Origin: Octopus sinensis | Taxonomy: Eukaryota | Assembly (NCBI RefSeq): GCF_006345805.1 | Contig: NW_021833748.1 | Location: 1 to 64,000 of the forward strand | Length of the DNA stretch: 64,000 nt | Direction of reading: 5' to 3' | Shown: positions 11,551 to 24,029 of the stretch, in pieces | Position numbering within the stretch: position 1 is the stretch's first letter | Layout of the letters: every line of letters begins with the position of its first letter | The notes under the pieces: model-generated | Told to the model about the DNA's origin: nothing | Database searches by the model: none | The model's input: only the letters and a program-made list of their open reading frames with translations | Position numbers and translations under genes: made by a program

Positions 11551-12046
11551 ATTATTTTCATAACATCAGCTTTATTCGCGATCGTCTCCTAATTTACAAG
11601 GTTAAGGCCCTAAAATGGCGTAATTTACCTGCGGAGAACAGACGAGAAAGTGGTTTATGATCTTAAACGGAGATCTTAGACGGGATTTGGAAGCGTGGCA
11701 AGGAACAGGAGAGAGGGAAGACACCTGGTAGCAGAGTTCTGAAATGGCTGGAATAGAGCTGATCTCAATAGGCAGAGATCCATTTTTGGTATTTCTTTCT
11801 TAAGGCAGAAATTTAGCAAAGATTTCTGAATGTCAAGTAGAATGCTTCCTAGTTATTTTCTTTCTTACCTTTCTAAAGACCTGAGTTCAATTCCTGCAAA
11901 GGTCAACTTTGCCTTTCCTATCTGCTTCCTTTTATTAATTAATTAATTAATTAATTAATTTATTTATTTATTTATTTATTTATATTTTCGTGATCGATGA
12001 AAATTAGTTCCAAGTTGGAACCATATCAGTATAAATGTTCTTTTTT

Positions 12047-13015
12047 ACCCTAAAGTCCAACCCTTCCTCAAAGCGGTAGGGTGGTGTAAACAAGCAGTGT
12101 CAGAGCTATGCCGTCGGGAACTTCGGTTCTTGGTAGGGCAACCCAAGGCGGATTGGTCTGGCACCGAGCGGAATAAGGGCTGCAGCCTGGTGAAAATTCC
12201 ACTACCCTAAAGTCCAACCCCTCCTCAAAGCGGTAGGGTGGTGTAACAAGCAGATGGTGTCGGAGCTTGCCGTCGGGAACTTCGGTTCTTGGTAGGGCAC
12301 CCAAGGCGGATTGGTCTGGCACCGAGCGGAATAAGGGCTGCAGCCTGGTGAAAATTCCACTACCCTAAAGTCCAACCCCTCCTCAAAGCGGTAGGGTGGT
12401 GTAAACAATCAGTGTCGGAGCTATGCCGTCGGAACTTCGGTTCTTGGTAGGGCACACCAAGGCGGATTGGTCTGGCACCGAGCGGAATAAGGGCTGCAGC
12501 CGGTGAAAATTCCACTACCCTAAAGTCCAACCCCTCCTCAAAGCGGTAGGGTGGTGTAAACAAGCAGTGTCGGAGCTATGCCGTCGGGAACTTCGGTTCT
12601 TGGTAGGGCCACCCAAGGCGGATTGGTCTGGCACCGAGCGGAATAAGGGCTGCAGCCTGGTGAAAATTCCACTACCCTAAAGTCCAACCCCTCCTCAAAG
12701 CGGTAGGGTGGTGTAAACAAGCAGTGTCGGAGCTATGCCGTCGGGAACTTCGGTTCTTGGTAGGGCCACCCAAGGCGGATTGGTCTGGCACCGAGCGGAA
12801 TAAGGGCTGCAGCCTGGTGAAAATTCCACTACCCTAAAGTCCAACCCCTCCTCAAAGCGGTAGGGTGGTGTAAACAAGCAGTGTCGGAGCTATGCCGTCG
12901 GGAACTTCGGTTCTTGGTAGGGCCACACAAGGCGGATTGGTCTGGCACCGAGCGGAATAAGGGCCGTAGCCTGGTGAAAATTCCACTACCCTAAAGTCAA
13001 ACCCCTCCTCAAAGC
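12047..13015 (+). repeat. 6.2 x 157-bp GC-rich tandem repeat of unknown origin
   Basis: ACCCTAAAGTC anchors at 12047, 12204, 12362, 12517, 12674, 12831 and 12988. Confidence 0.95.
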
Positions 13016-13399
13016 AAACAGGGCGTCATGTCACTCGGGATATGCATGCGGGACGTCAGGGACCGCTTGTACATTCAGTATTCCCAAGAAACATCTATGA
13101 ATAGAGAAGAAGCTGGCTCAACCCACCCTGGGTGAACGCCGTCACAAGTACGAGTACAAGTAAATAATGTCCTTTGGCGCTAAACGCCTTTTCTGCAGGG
13201 ACTTCATAACCCCACGATGCCGATTTCAAGTGAAGTCGCTACTAGTTACTTTTGAAGTCTTCTTTGAACAGTCAGATGTCAGTTTATCTGAAAACAAGTA
13301 ACATAGTTACTTAGAAGAAGGGGCTGAAATTAATGCCTGCAAGATTTCACAGCTCTAGCAGCAGTCCTTCATAGTCAACTTACGACCTTTTTAACCCAC

Positions 13400-14085
13400 T
13401 CGAAGCGATCGATGGCAATCCCTCAAGTTCGAGGATGATGGTCTTCGCGCAAATTTACTGGTGAGTCCGTAGGTGACCGATAAGACCAATTCTTGCTTGA
13501 AAAGATCGGTCGCAGTGCGGACATCTAGTGCCGGAAGGGAGAGTCGCACGTGGTTGTGTTGGCGCTCCTTCCGTCGTCGTCTTTTCTCCTCAGCTATGCA
13601 GACCTTTCGACTCGAAAGTCGCCGTTCCCTCATGGATGGTGGTTTTACACGAGTGGTCTGTTTTTGCCGTTTCCTCCCAGTTAGTGAAGTCGATGTCACA
13701 CTTTTTGAGGTTCGTTTTCAGGGAGTCCTTGAGCGTTTTCTCTGGCCTCCTTTTGTACGCTTGCTGTCTTTGAGTTGGGAGTAGAAGATCTGTTTGGAAG
13801 TCGTTCGTCAGTCATTCTAACCACGTGGCCGCTCCATCTTAGTTGGCCTTTGATGACATAGGCTTCGATGCTGGTCATTTTTGCTTCTTGTAGCACTCTG
13901 ACGTTAGTTCTTCTGTCTTCCCAGCTGATGTTAAGGATCTTCCGAAGACAGCGTTGGTGAAATTTCTCGAGCGTTTTCAGGTGGTGACTATACGGGGTCC
14001 AGGCTTCGAATGCGTAAAGGAGGGATGGAATAATGACTGCCCTGTACACCATGAGTTTGGTTTCGGTTCGGATGTCCCACTCGAA
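13400..14085 (-). mobile_element. RTE-clade LINE 3' fragment (ORF2 C-terminus, frameshifted)
   Basis: TKLMVYRAVIIPSLLYAFEAWT...LEKFHQRCLRKILNISWEDRRTN...QLRWSGHVVRMTDERLP is typical of RTE/BovB ORF2; RTE-like 3' end CCTCGAACTTGAGGGATTGCC. Confidence 0.88.
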
Positions 14086-14519
14086 GCATGGCCACGATGA
14101 AAAGATGTCTTGTGTATTATACATGATGCAGGCACACAAAGAGTTAAACAACAAAGAAAGATACATAAACCTAATGTAGTCATTAGTATACTATACCTGG
14201 AAAAATATGGGATCAAGATAGCTGTCGAAAGCATTTTCATAAATTCATGTTAATCGTCTGTTCTTCTTTCCACACTTTTAGTTAGCCCTTATTTCATTTG
14301 CTCTGAGTAATATAAAGTCTTCCTTTCATAAGTCGAAGGTCATTCTGGAGGTTGAAAAAATACTGAATAGTAGTTTCATATAAGATGCATGAACGCCAGA
14401 GAAAGATGCCCTGTATCACACATGAAACCCCAGGTATACAACGGATTAAGATGATGCGTTGGAAATCGAAGGGCAGATGACTACTATATCCAGCAGTTAT
14501 ACAAGCAATGGCACTTCTA

Positions 14520-14755
14520 TCCCTTTACTCCTTTACTCCGTTACTTGTTTCAGTCATTTGACTGCGGCCATGCTGGAGCACCGCCTTTTAGTCGAGCAAC
14601 TCGACCCCGGGACTTATTCTTTTTGTAAGCCCAGTACCTTATTCAATCGGTCTCTTTTTGCCGAACCGCTAACTGACGGGTACGTAAACACACCAGCATC
14701 GGTTGTCAAGCAATGCTAGGGGAACAAACACAGACACACAAACACACACACATAC

Positions 14756-14823
<68 letters not shown>

Positions 14824-15000
14824 ATATACATATATACGACAGGCTTCTTTCAGTTTCCGTCTACCAAATCCACTCACAAGGCATTGGTCGGCCCGGGGCT
14901 ATAGCAGAAGACACTTGCCCAAGATGCCACGCAGTGGGCCTGAACCCAGAACCATGTGGTTGGTTAGCAAGCTACTTACCACACAGCCACTCCTGCGCCT
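14520..15000 (-). mobile_element. SINE B, full length
   Basis: Same head, core and tail as 2280-2690. Confidence 0.92.
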
Positions 15001-15289
15001 ATTGCTGTTAGTTTTGATGATGTTAATGAGTTTCAGGTTATTTCTAAATGATCAGCTCTATCATCAAAAGCATTCCAACCATAACCACCCTGTCTAATTT
15101 TACTATGTACATACAAAAAACCCAGCACCGTATCTCTAACGTTGTTTTTTCTAAGACGACGGGACGGGTTCGATTCTAGAGAGATTTTGCTGCTATTTTA
15201 TGCAGGTCAGATGACCACATAGAAGCCTCCTAGTTGTTTTGGTCTCCTTGATGTTCTTTAGTTTAACTGTAACTGAGTGGAAGGAAGGG

Positions 15290-16257
15290 AAGGAAGCACT
15301 CCGTCGGTTACGACGATGAGGGTTCCGATTGATCCGAATCAACGGAACAGCCTGCTCGTGAAATTAACGTGTAAGTGGCTGAGCACTCCACAGACACGTG
15401 TACCCTTAACGTACTTCTCGGGGATATTCAGCGTGACACAGAGAGTGACAAGGCCGGCCCTTTGAAATACAGGTACAACAGAAACAGGAAGTAAGAGTGA
15501 GAGAAAGTTGTGGTGAAAGAGTACAGCAGGGATCACCATCATCCCCTGCCGGAGCCTCGTGGAGCTTTAGGTGTTTTCGCTGAATATGGAAGCACTCCGT
15601 CGGTTACGATGACGAGGGTTCCGGTTGATCCGAATCAACGGAACAGCCTGCTCGTAAAATTAACGTGTAAGTGGCTGAGCACTCCACCCACAGACACGTG
15701 TACACTTAACGCAGTTCCCGGGGATATTCAGCGTGACACAGAGAGTGACAAGGCCGGCCCTTTGAAATACAGGTACAACAGAAACAGGAAGTAAGAGTGA
15801 GAGAAAGTTGTGGTGAAAGAGTACGGCAGGGATCACCACCATCCCCTGCCGGAGCCTCGTGGAGCTTTAGGTGTTTTCGCTCAAAATGAAAGCACTCCGT
15901 CGGTTACGACGACGAGGTTTCCGGTTGATCCGAATCAACGGAACAGCCTGCTCGTGAAATTAACGTGTAAGTGGCTGAGCACTCCACAGACACGTGTACC
16001 CTTAACGTAGTTCTTGGGGATATTCAGCGTGACACAGAGAGTGACAAGGCCGGCCTTTTGAAATACAGGTACAACAGAAACAGGAAGTAAGAGTGAGAGA
16101 AAGTTGTGGTGAAAGCGTACAGCAGGGATCACCACCATCCCCTGCCGGAGCCTCGTGGAGCTTTAGGTGTTTTCGCTCAATAAACACTTACAACGCCCGG
16201 TCTGGGAATCGAAACCGCGAATCCGCTGCCCTAACCACTGGGCCATTGCGCCTCCAC
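15290..16257 (-). mobile_element. SINE C trimer: one head plus three ~300-bp bodies
   Basis: 3' ends (AAGCACTCCGTCGG) near 15293, 15590 and 15890; a single head at 16170-16257; possible TSD TAACTGAGT at 15270-15278 and 16258-16266. Confidence 0.88.
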
Positions 16258-16723
16258 TAACTGAGTAGCACAATGTTCAAGAGCGTGTAAACTGTGACTG
16301 TCCACTCTATATTGCCACATACGGACACAGAACTCGGTACAAAAATCTTTAACGGTTCCTTTTCAAAGACGATGAGGAAGGATTTTTATTGGAAGGAAAT
16401 TTGACATGTATTTCTAGCAGATCAGAGAATCCAGCACGATAATAACTACTGTTCATTTTTTACTCAGACGACGAAAAAGTGGTGGGGGGGTTACATTGAA
16501 GGGCTATTTTGCTGCTATTTCTAGCAAGTAGAAACCGCCGCACAACCTTCCATCGCTCGGTCATAATCGTAAAGGTGTTGAAAAGAGGCGAGGTTGGCGG
16601 AGTAAAAATTGTGTGGGGTTGGGGTCTAGGGGAAAAAGAACATCGTATGATATGAGGGCAGTGAACGACCGATAATCTCGTGGGAGCACTGTTCGTTGTA
16701 AATTACGATAGAAGGAACAGTAA

Positions 16724-16724
<1 letters not shown>

Positions 16725-16778
<54 letters not shown>

Positions 16779-16822
16779 CACACACACACATATATATATA
16801 TATATAACACACAAACACACAT

Positions 16823-16872
<50 letters not shown>

Positions 16873-16980
16873 TATATATATATGTATATATATACATAAT
16901 ATATATATACACACACAACATATATATATATATATTACATTATTATATGTATATATTTTATATATATATGTAATATATAC

Positions 16981-17061
<81 letters not shown>

Positions 17062-17062
17062 A

Positions 17063-17126
<64 letters not shown>

Positions 17127-17270
17127 GTATATATATACATATATATATATACACACCACACACCACATATATATATATATAATATATATAATATATATAC
17201 ATATATATATATATGTATATATATAATATAATACATATTATAATATATGTATATATATATATATATACAC

Positions 17271-17316
<46 letters not shown>

Positions 17317-17450
17317 TATATATGGTTATACGTATGTGTGTATGTGTGCATATATATATATATATACACACACAATATATAAGTGTGTATATGCATGTGT
17401 GTGTATGTGTGTGTGTGTGTGTAACGTATGTAATGTATGTATATATAGAC
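16725..17450. repeat. (CA)n/(TA)n/(TG)n compound microsatellite
   Basis: Read directly. Confidence 0.95.
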
Positions 17451-17728
17451 ATGTCTGTAGGTGGCGGGTAGTGGTTTGCAGCGTGCTTGACGGTTAGTGA
17501 AGCTTTGCCCACCGAGCATATTGCCTTTTTTAGACGCACACAAGAATGTATTTAGATATTTTTGAGCTTTTTCTTTATTTTTTTTCCTTTTAATAAAAAA
17601 AAAAAAGTATTAACTGCAGCTGCAAAGTACCAGCGTACAATGATCCTAGTGTAGCTGAACTCGAGATGTACAGGGTGACCCATAAGTAGTTTTACAATTT
17701 AGCGTTTACGTTCGGTTTTTTCTTGTTT

Positions 17729-19360
17729 TAATAAATCTCAGAGCGAGTTATAAACAGTAGCTGCAACACATCATGACGTATATTTGCCATTTAAATATGG
17801 CTAACCCCTAAGGGTGGATGCTATTGTAGTTTGTAGCCCCAGGAGGACACCACCTCCAGCTGGCTTTATACACACTTTCTGTGACCTATCAGTATTTGCA
17901 AAGGGAAGCCATCCTTCCCGTCTTCAACTTATGATACACACGGATAGAGCGAGTTATAAACAGTAGCTGCAACACATCGAGAAGTATATTTGCCATTTAA
18001 ATATGGCTAACCCCCTAAGGGTGGATGCTACTGTAGTTTGTAGCCCCAGGAGGACACCACCTCCAGCTGGCTTTAGACACACTTTCTGTGACCTATCAGT
18101 ATTTGCAAAGGGAAGCCATCCTTCCCGTTTTCAACTTATGATACACACGGATAGAGCGAGTTATAAACAGTAGCTGCAACACATCGAGAAGTATATTTGC
18201 CATTTAAATATGGCTAACCCCCTAAGGGTGGATGCTACTGTAGTTTGTAGCCCCAGGAGGACACCACCTCCAGCTGGCTTTAGACACACTTTCTGTGACC
18301 TATCAGTATTTGCAAAGGGAAGCCATCCTTCCCGTTTTCAACTTATGATACACACGGATAGAGCGAGTTATAAACAGTAGCTGCAACACATCGAGAAGTA
18401 ATATTTGCCATTTAAATATGGCTAACCCCTAAGGGTGGATGCTACTGTAGTTTGTAGCCCCAGGAGGACACCTCCTCCAGCTGGCTTAGACACACTTTCT
18501 GTGACCTATCAGTATTTGCAAAGGGAAGCCATCCTTCCCGTCTTCAACTTATGATACACACGGATAGAGCGAGTTATAAACAGTAGCTGCAACACATCGA
18601 GAAGTATATTTGCCATTTAAATATGGCTAACCCCCTAAGGGTGGATGCTACTGTAGTTTGTAGCCCCAGGAGGACACCTCCTCCAGCTGGCTTTAGACAC
18701 ACTTTCTGTGACCTATCAGTATTTGCAAAGGGAAGCCATCCTTCCCGTCTTCAACTTATGATACACACGGATAGAGCGAGTTATAAACAGTAGCTGCAAC
18801 ACATCGAGAAGTATATTTGCCATTTAAATATGGCTAACCCCTAAGGGTGGATGCTACTGTAGTTTGTAGCCCCAGGAGGACACCTCCTCCAGCTGGCTTT
18901 AGACACACTTTCTGTGCCCTATCAGTATTTGCAAAGGGACTTATGATACACACGGATTCGAGTTTCTGGTTATTGACCCGTCATCGGCGTGTGACAGTCA
19001 CAGTTGTCGATGAAAAGTAGGTTCCCTCTGAAAATACTTATCCCTTTTCCAGTATCGTAAAGACACTGATATCGAAAAGGTATAATCAAGCAATAATAAA
19101 TCTTAGAGTGAGTTATAAACAGTAGCTGCAACACATCGTGACGTATATTTGCCATTTAAATATGGCTAACCCCTAAGGGTGGATGCTACTGTAGTTTGTA
19201 GCCCCAGGAAGACACCTCCTCCAGCTGGCTGTAGTTTGCTACACAGAAAGTGTGTCTAAAGCAAGCTGGAGGAAGTGTCCTCCTGGGGCTACAAACTACA
19301 GTAGCATCCACCCTTAGGGGTTAGCCATATTTAAATGGCAAATATATTTCACGATGTGTT
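17729..19360 (-). mobile_element. Family D array: five 207-bp deletion units, one 332-bp unit with a decayed hammerhead, a partial unit and an inverted partial unit
   Basis: GAGCGAGTTATAAAC anchors at 17741, 17947, 18154, 18361, 18567, 18774 and ~19106. The long unit aligns to the 353-bp unit at 41131-41483 with a 21-bp deletion. 19241-19360 is the reverse complement of part of the unit. Confidence 0.88.
18949..18993 (-). ncRNA. Degenerate type I hammerhead ribozyme motif
   Basis: Minus strand reads CACACG-CCGATGA-CGGGTCAATAACCA-GAAAC-TCGA-ATC-CGTGTG. It has U4C, a mismatch in stem III and a mismatch in stem II, so it is probably impaired. Confidence 0.65.
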
Positions 19361-19634
19361 TTCTTCTTTTGTTCTTGATATACGCAAGTATTGGTTTCAA
19401 AGTTTGGCACAAGGCCAAGAAGAGGTTAAGTCGATAGCATTGATCTCTGTACTCAACTGGTACTTATTTTATCGATCCCGAAAGGATGGAAAGTAAAGTC
19501 GACCTCGGTCGAATTTGAACTTAAAGGGTAAAGACAGATGAAATGCCACTAAGCCTTTTGCCAGCTCTTCGCCTTATATGTGAAAATATTGAACAGTGAT
19601 CTTTGGCTCGTCAGCAATAATGCTGAACACTTCA

Positions 19635-20595
19635 TCTCTCTATATATAAAGCTGAAGTTGCCTGTGTATGGCAGGTGTTGGTAGCCTTCAACTAACACTA
19701 TCTCCTCCGAGACCCTGTGGTGCAAGTTCACCAAAATTGAGAGTATGATAGAAGAAGGCTTGCTCTTCGTTCCGTAGAAGATAAAATTCAAATCGGACCA
19801 TGTTAACACTAAAAATTATTTACATCAACAAGGTGCTTTTTTTCTATGAAAATCCCTATTTTTTACAATAGTTTGACTGCTGTGTCGCCATTTTTCGGTG
19901 TTTTTCAACCAGAAAAATCTCCCTCTATATAAAGCTGAAGTTGTCTGTGTATGGCAGGTTTGGTAGCCTTCAACTAACACTATCTCCTCCGAGACCCTGC
20001 GGCGCAACAAGTTGACCAAAATTGAGAGTATGATAGAAGAAGGCTTGCTCTTCAATTCCGTAGAAGAAAAAATTCAAATCGGACCATGTTAACACCAAAA
20101 ATTATTTACATCAAAAAGGTGCTTTTTTTTCTATGAAAATCCCTATTTTTTACGGTTTTTTTTACTGCTGTGTTGCCAATTTTCGGTGTATTTCAACCAG
20201 AAAAATCTATATTTATAAAGCTGAAGTTGTCTGTGTGTGACAGGTTTGGTAGCCTTCAACTAATACTATTTCCTCCGAGACCCTACGGCGCAAGTTGACC
20301 AAAATTGAGAGTATGATAGAAGAAGGCTTGCTCTTCGTTTCGTAGAAGAAAAAAAATTCAAATCGGACCATGTTAACACTAAAAATTATTTACATCAAAA
20401 AGGTGCTTTTTTGCTATGAAAATCCCTATTTTTACGACTTTTTACAATTGTGTCGCCATTTTTCGGTGTATTTCAACCAGAAAAATGTTCACTTCAAGAG
20501 AATAACAAGCCACATAATGCAAAACTTATATTTTTCAAAAATTCCAATTCTAAAGGGTCGAAACAAACCCGAGCAACGCCGGGCGATACAGCTAG
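19635..20595 (+). mobile_element. Non-autonomous Helitron with three internal ~287-bp tandem units
   Basis: Starts TC after A (19634|19635, TCTCTCTATATATAAA), ends CTAG before T (20595|20596), with subterminal hairpin CCCGAGCAACGCCGGG at 20568-20583. Units start near 19638, 19923 and 20207. Confidence 0.85.
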
Positions 20596-20796
20596 TTTTA
20601 TTATATTTACACAGGGAATGTTGACTCCCCGCTCGTGACAAATCACGTTTAATACTTCATCTTCTTTGTCAGTGTGTGTACGCACAGAACGTTGGCTTCC
20701 GGTATATAGCAAATCACGCCTGACACTAACCCCAATCCGTTTTACGTGTACCGGAATGTTGACTTCCGGTTTATAGCAACTCATGCATAGAACTCC

Positions 20797-20943
20797 ATTT
20801 TCAGTTTCCGTCTACCAAATCCACTCACAAGGCTTTTGTCGGCCCGAGGCTATAGTAGAAGACACTTGCCAAAGTGCCATGCAGTGGGACTGAACCCGGA
20901 ACCATGTGGTTGGTAAACAAGCTACTTACCACACAGCCACTCC
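20797..20943 (-). mobile_element. SINE B 5' half
   Basis: Head and core only. Confidence 0.85.
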
Positions 20944-21186
20944 TAGGTTTTGTTTTATGTATGTATCCCCATGAATATGTATGTATGTACTCATGATCAG
21001 AGATGCACATATTGTCAGACATTAAGGGACATGTTCAAGCTGTTAAGCAAATCTGGTATTGGACAGAATATTAGCTATAATGATAGATTTTGTCCCTGAG
21101 CAGCAACTGTTATTTTCTGTTTGCTCACCTCTAGAAAGTGTGAAAAATGGTCATGTACTTCAAACTTTGCTTTTCTTATATATATT

Positions 21187-21960
21187 CAGGAGTGGCTGTG
21201 TGGTAAGTAGCTTGCTAACCAACCACATGGTTCCGGGTTCAGTCCCACTGCGTGGCATCTTGGGCAAGTGTCTTCTGCTATAGCCTCGGGCCGACCAATG
21301 CCTTGTGAGTGAATTTGGTAGACGAAAACTGAAAGAAGCCTGTCGTATATATGTATATATATATAGGCACAGGAGTGGCTGTGTGGTAAGTAGCTTGTTT
21401 ACCAACCACATGGTTCCGGGTTCAGTCCCACTGCGTGGCATCTTGGGCAAGTGTCTGCTGCTATAGCCTCGGGGCGACCAATGCCTTGTGAGTGGATTTG
21501 GTAGACGGAAACTGAAAGAAGCCCGTCGTATATATGTATATATATATAGGCACAGGAGTGGCTGTGTTGTAAGTAGCTTGTTTACCAACCACATGGTTCC
21601 GGGTTCAGTCCCACTGCGTGGCATCTTGGGCAAGTGTCTTCTGCTATAGCCTCGGGCCAACCAAAGCCTTGTGAGTGGATTTGGTAGACGGAAACTGAAA
21701 GAAGCCTGTCGTATATATGTATACATATATATGTATGTGTGTGTGTGTTTGTGTGTCTGTGTTTGTCCCTCTAGCATTGCCTGACAACCGATGCTGGTGT
21801 GTTTACGTCCCCGTCACTTAGCGGTTCTGCAAAAGAGACCGATAGAATAAGTACTGGGCTTACAAAGAATAAGTCCCGAGTTGCTCGATTTGCTCGACTA
21901 AAGGCGGTGCTCCAGCATGGCCGCAGTCAAATGACTGAAACAAGTAAAAGAGTAAAGAGT
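21187..21960 (+). mobile_element. SINE B with a triplicated ~182-bp head/core segment
   Basis: CAGGAGTGGCTGTG heads near 21187, 21370 and 21552, each running to the internal (TA)n; one shared 3' half. Confidence 0.9.
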
Positions 21961-22724
21961 ACTCAACCCCCAAAGAGTGCCTATCAATACATGACTATGA
22001 TGTTCACCCAACTACTCCTCCTCATGATTAGAGATGCGCATATTTTCAGCCATCAAGGGAGATATTCGAGTGGTTAAGGCCGAACAACCGACAAGCGAAT
22101 CTGTGGTATGGAGCAGAATATTAGCTATAACGATATTTCTGCTTCAGCAATGAGTAGTGAATCTGTCAGAAATGGATTGGAAAATAGGTCAGTTTCAAAA
22201 CATTGACTTCGAAGTGACAAAAGCAAAGTTTGAAGAGAATTGTAGGGATTTCCTTTGGTGTCTAGATAGAAGCAGATCAGAAGTAACACTTACTGATCAA
22301 AGACAAACAAAAATAGTAGAAATTTTGTTACATAGTCCGTTTTATTAAATTGATCATTGTTTTCGAAATTACTCTACACAGAATCACTGTAAGACAAGAG
22401 AAATACGGTAACAAAAGATTTAATAAGGTATAGTTCTTCTCACTAAATAGATCTACAATCAAAGGTGTTACTGTGGTTTCCATACAGTATTTTTTCCTGC
22501 TGCATTGTGGCTAGGACCACGTTATCAGATCTGTTGTTTACGTTATATTTTTCTAATTTTTTCTTTTATATTAGGATCGTGAGATACAATACGAAAAGAA
22601 GGTTAGATTCTTTTTCTATATTCGGTTAGAATTGTGTTATCCTCATGAATGCATAGTTTCATCCAAGGAAATGCTGGTTCAACACCCAGTATTTTGTGGG
22701 ATTTAATTTCCTTAGAATAATAAG

Positions 22725-23122
22725 TTTACTCTCGTTTACTCGTTTACTTGTTTCAGTCATTTGACTGCGGCCATGCTGGGGCACCGCCTTTAGTCGAGCA
22801 AATCGACCCCGGGACTTATTCTTTGTAAGCGCAGTACTTATTCTATCAGTCTCTTTTGCCGAACCGCTAAGTGACGAGGACGTAAACACACCAGCATCTG
22901 TTGTCAAGCAATACTAGGAGGACAAACACACACACATACACATATATACATCTATATACATATATACGACAGGCTTCTTTCAGTTTCCGTCTACCAAATC
23001 CACTCACAAGGCATTGGTCGGCCCGGGGCTACAGCAGAAGCCACTTGCCCAAGGTGCCACGCAGTGGGACTGAACCCGGAACCATGTGGTTGGTTAGCAA
23101 GCTACTTACCACAGCCACTCCT
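22725..23122 (-). mobile_element. SINE B
   Basis: Full-length match to family B. Confidence 0.9.
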
Positions 23123-23539
23123 GCATATAGTTTATATTAATGTAAAAGAAGAAAAAGAAAAAAATTGGGAAGTTAATTGTTTATTATTAAAAACAAATTA
23201 ATCATCATCCCTTACAGCTGTTTCAAACAATACTTTGTAAATGTTAAGTAAATATTAAATTTATATGTCAGAGGGGGAAAATGTATGCTCTTGGATATTT
23301 TATGTCTTCAAGGATTCATCATAGCAGATTGAATGAATCCATAAAAAACATATATAAAACATCCAATGCTATATTTTTTACCCTCTGAGGATATGATACT
23401 CAGGTCATATAAATTTAATATTTAATTAATATTGACTGAGTATTGATTGAAACGGCTGTAAGGGATGATGATTGATTTGCTGTTAATAATAAACAATTAA
23501 CTTCCCAATCTCCATTTTCTTTTTCTTCTTTTTTTACAT

Positions 23540-23932
23540 GTGGCTGTGTGGTAAGTAGCTTGTTTACCAACCACATGGTTCCGGGTTCAGTTCCACTGCG
23601 TGGCACCTTGGGCAAGTGTCTTCTACTATAGCCTCGGGCCGAACAAAGCCCTGTGAGTGGATTTGGTAGACGGAAACTGAAAGAAGCCCGTCGTATATAT
23701 GTATATATATATATGAGTGTATGTGTGTCTGTGTTTGTCCCCCTAGCATTGCTTGACAACCGATGCTGGTGTGTTTATGTCCCCGTTACTTAGCGGTTCG
23801 GCAAAAGAGACCGATAGAATAAGTACTGGGCTTACAAAAGAATAAGTCCCGGGATCGAATTGCTCGATTAAAGGCGGTGCTTCAGCATGGCCGCAGTCAA
23901 CTGACTGAAACAAGTAAAAGAGTAAAAAGAGA
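23540..23932 (+). mobile_element. SINE B
   Basis: Full-length match to family B. Confidence 0.9.
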
Positions 23933-24029
23933 GAGATATAAAAGAAAAGTAAAATGGAGAAATTATGCAGACATCAATTTATTGAAACAAATCCAATTTC
24001 GAACAATATCAAACTCGTTAGATCCTACA

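Noticed and set aside
18290-18310. Minus-strand CTGATAG...GAAAG in the 207-bp units as a hammerhead
   Set aside because: The core is CUGAUAG rather than CUGANGA, there is no stem II pairing, and GAAA is not followed by a base that pairs with the triplet. The family's real motif is elsewhere and is deleted from these units.
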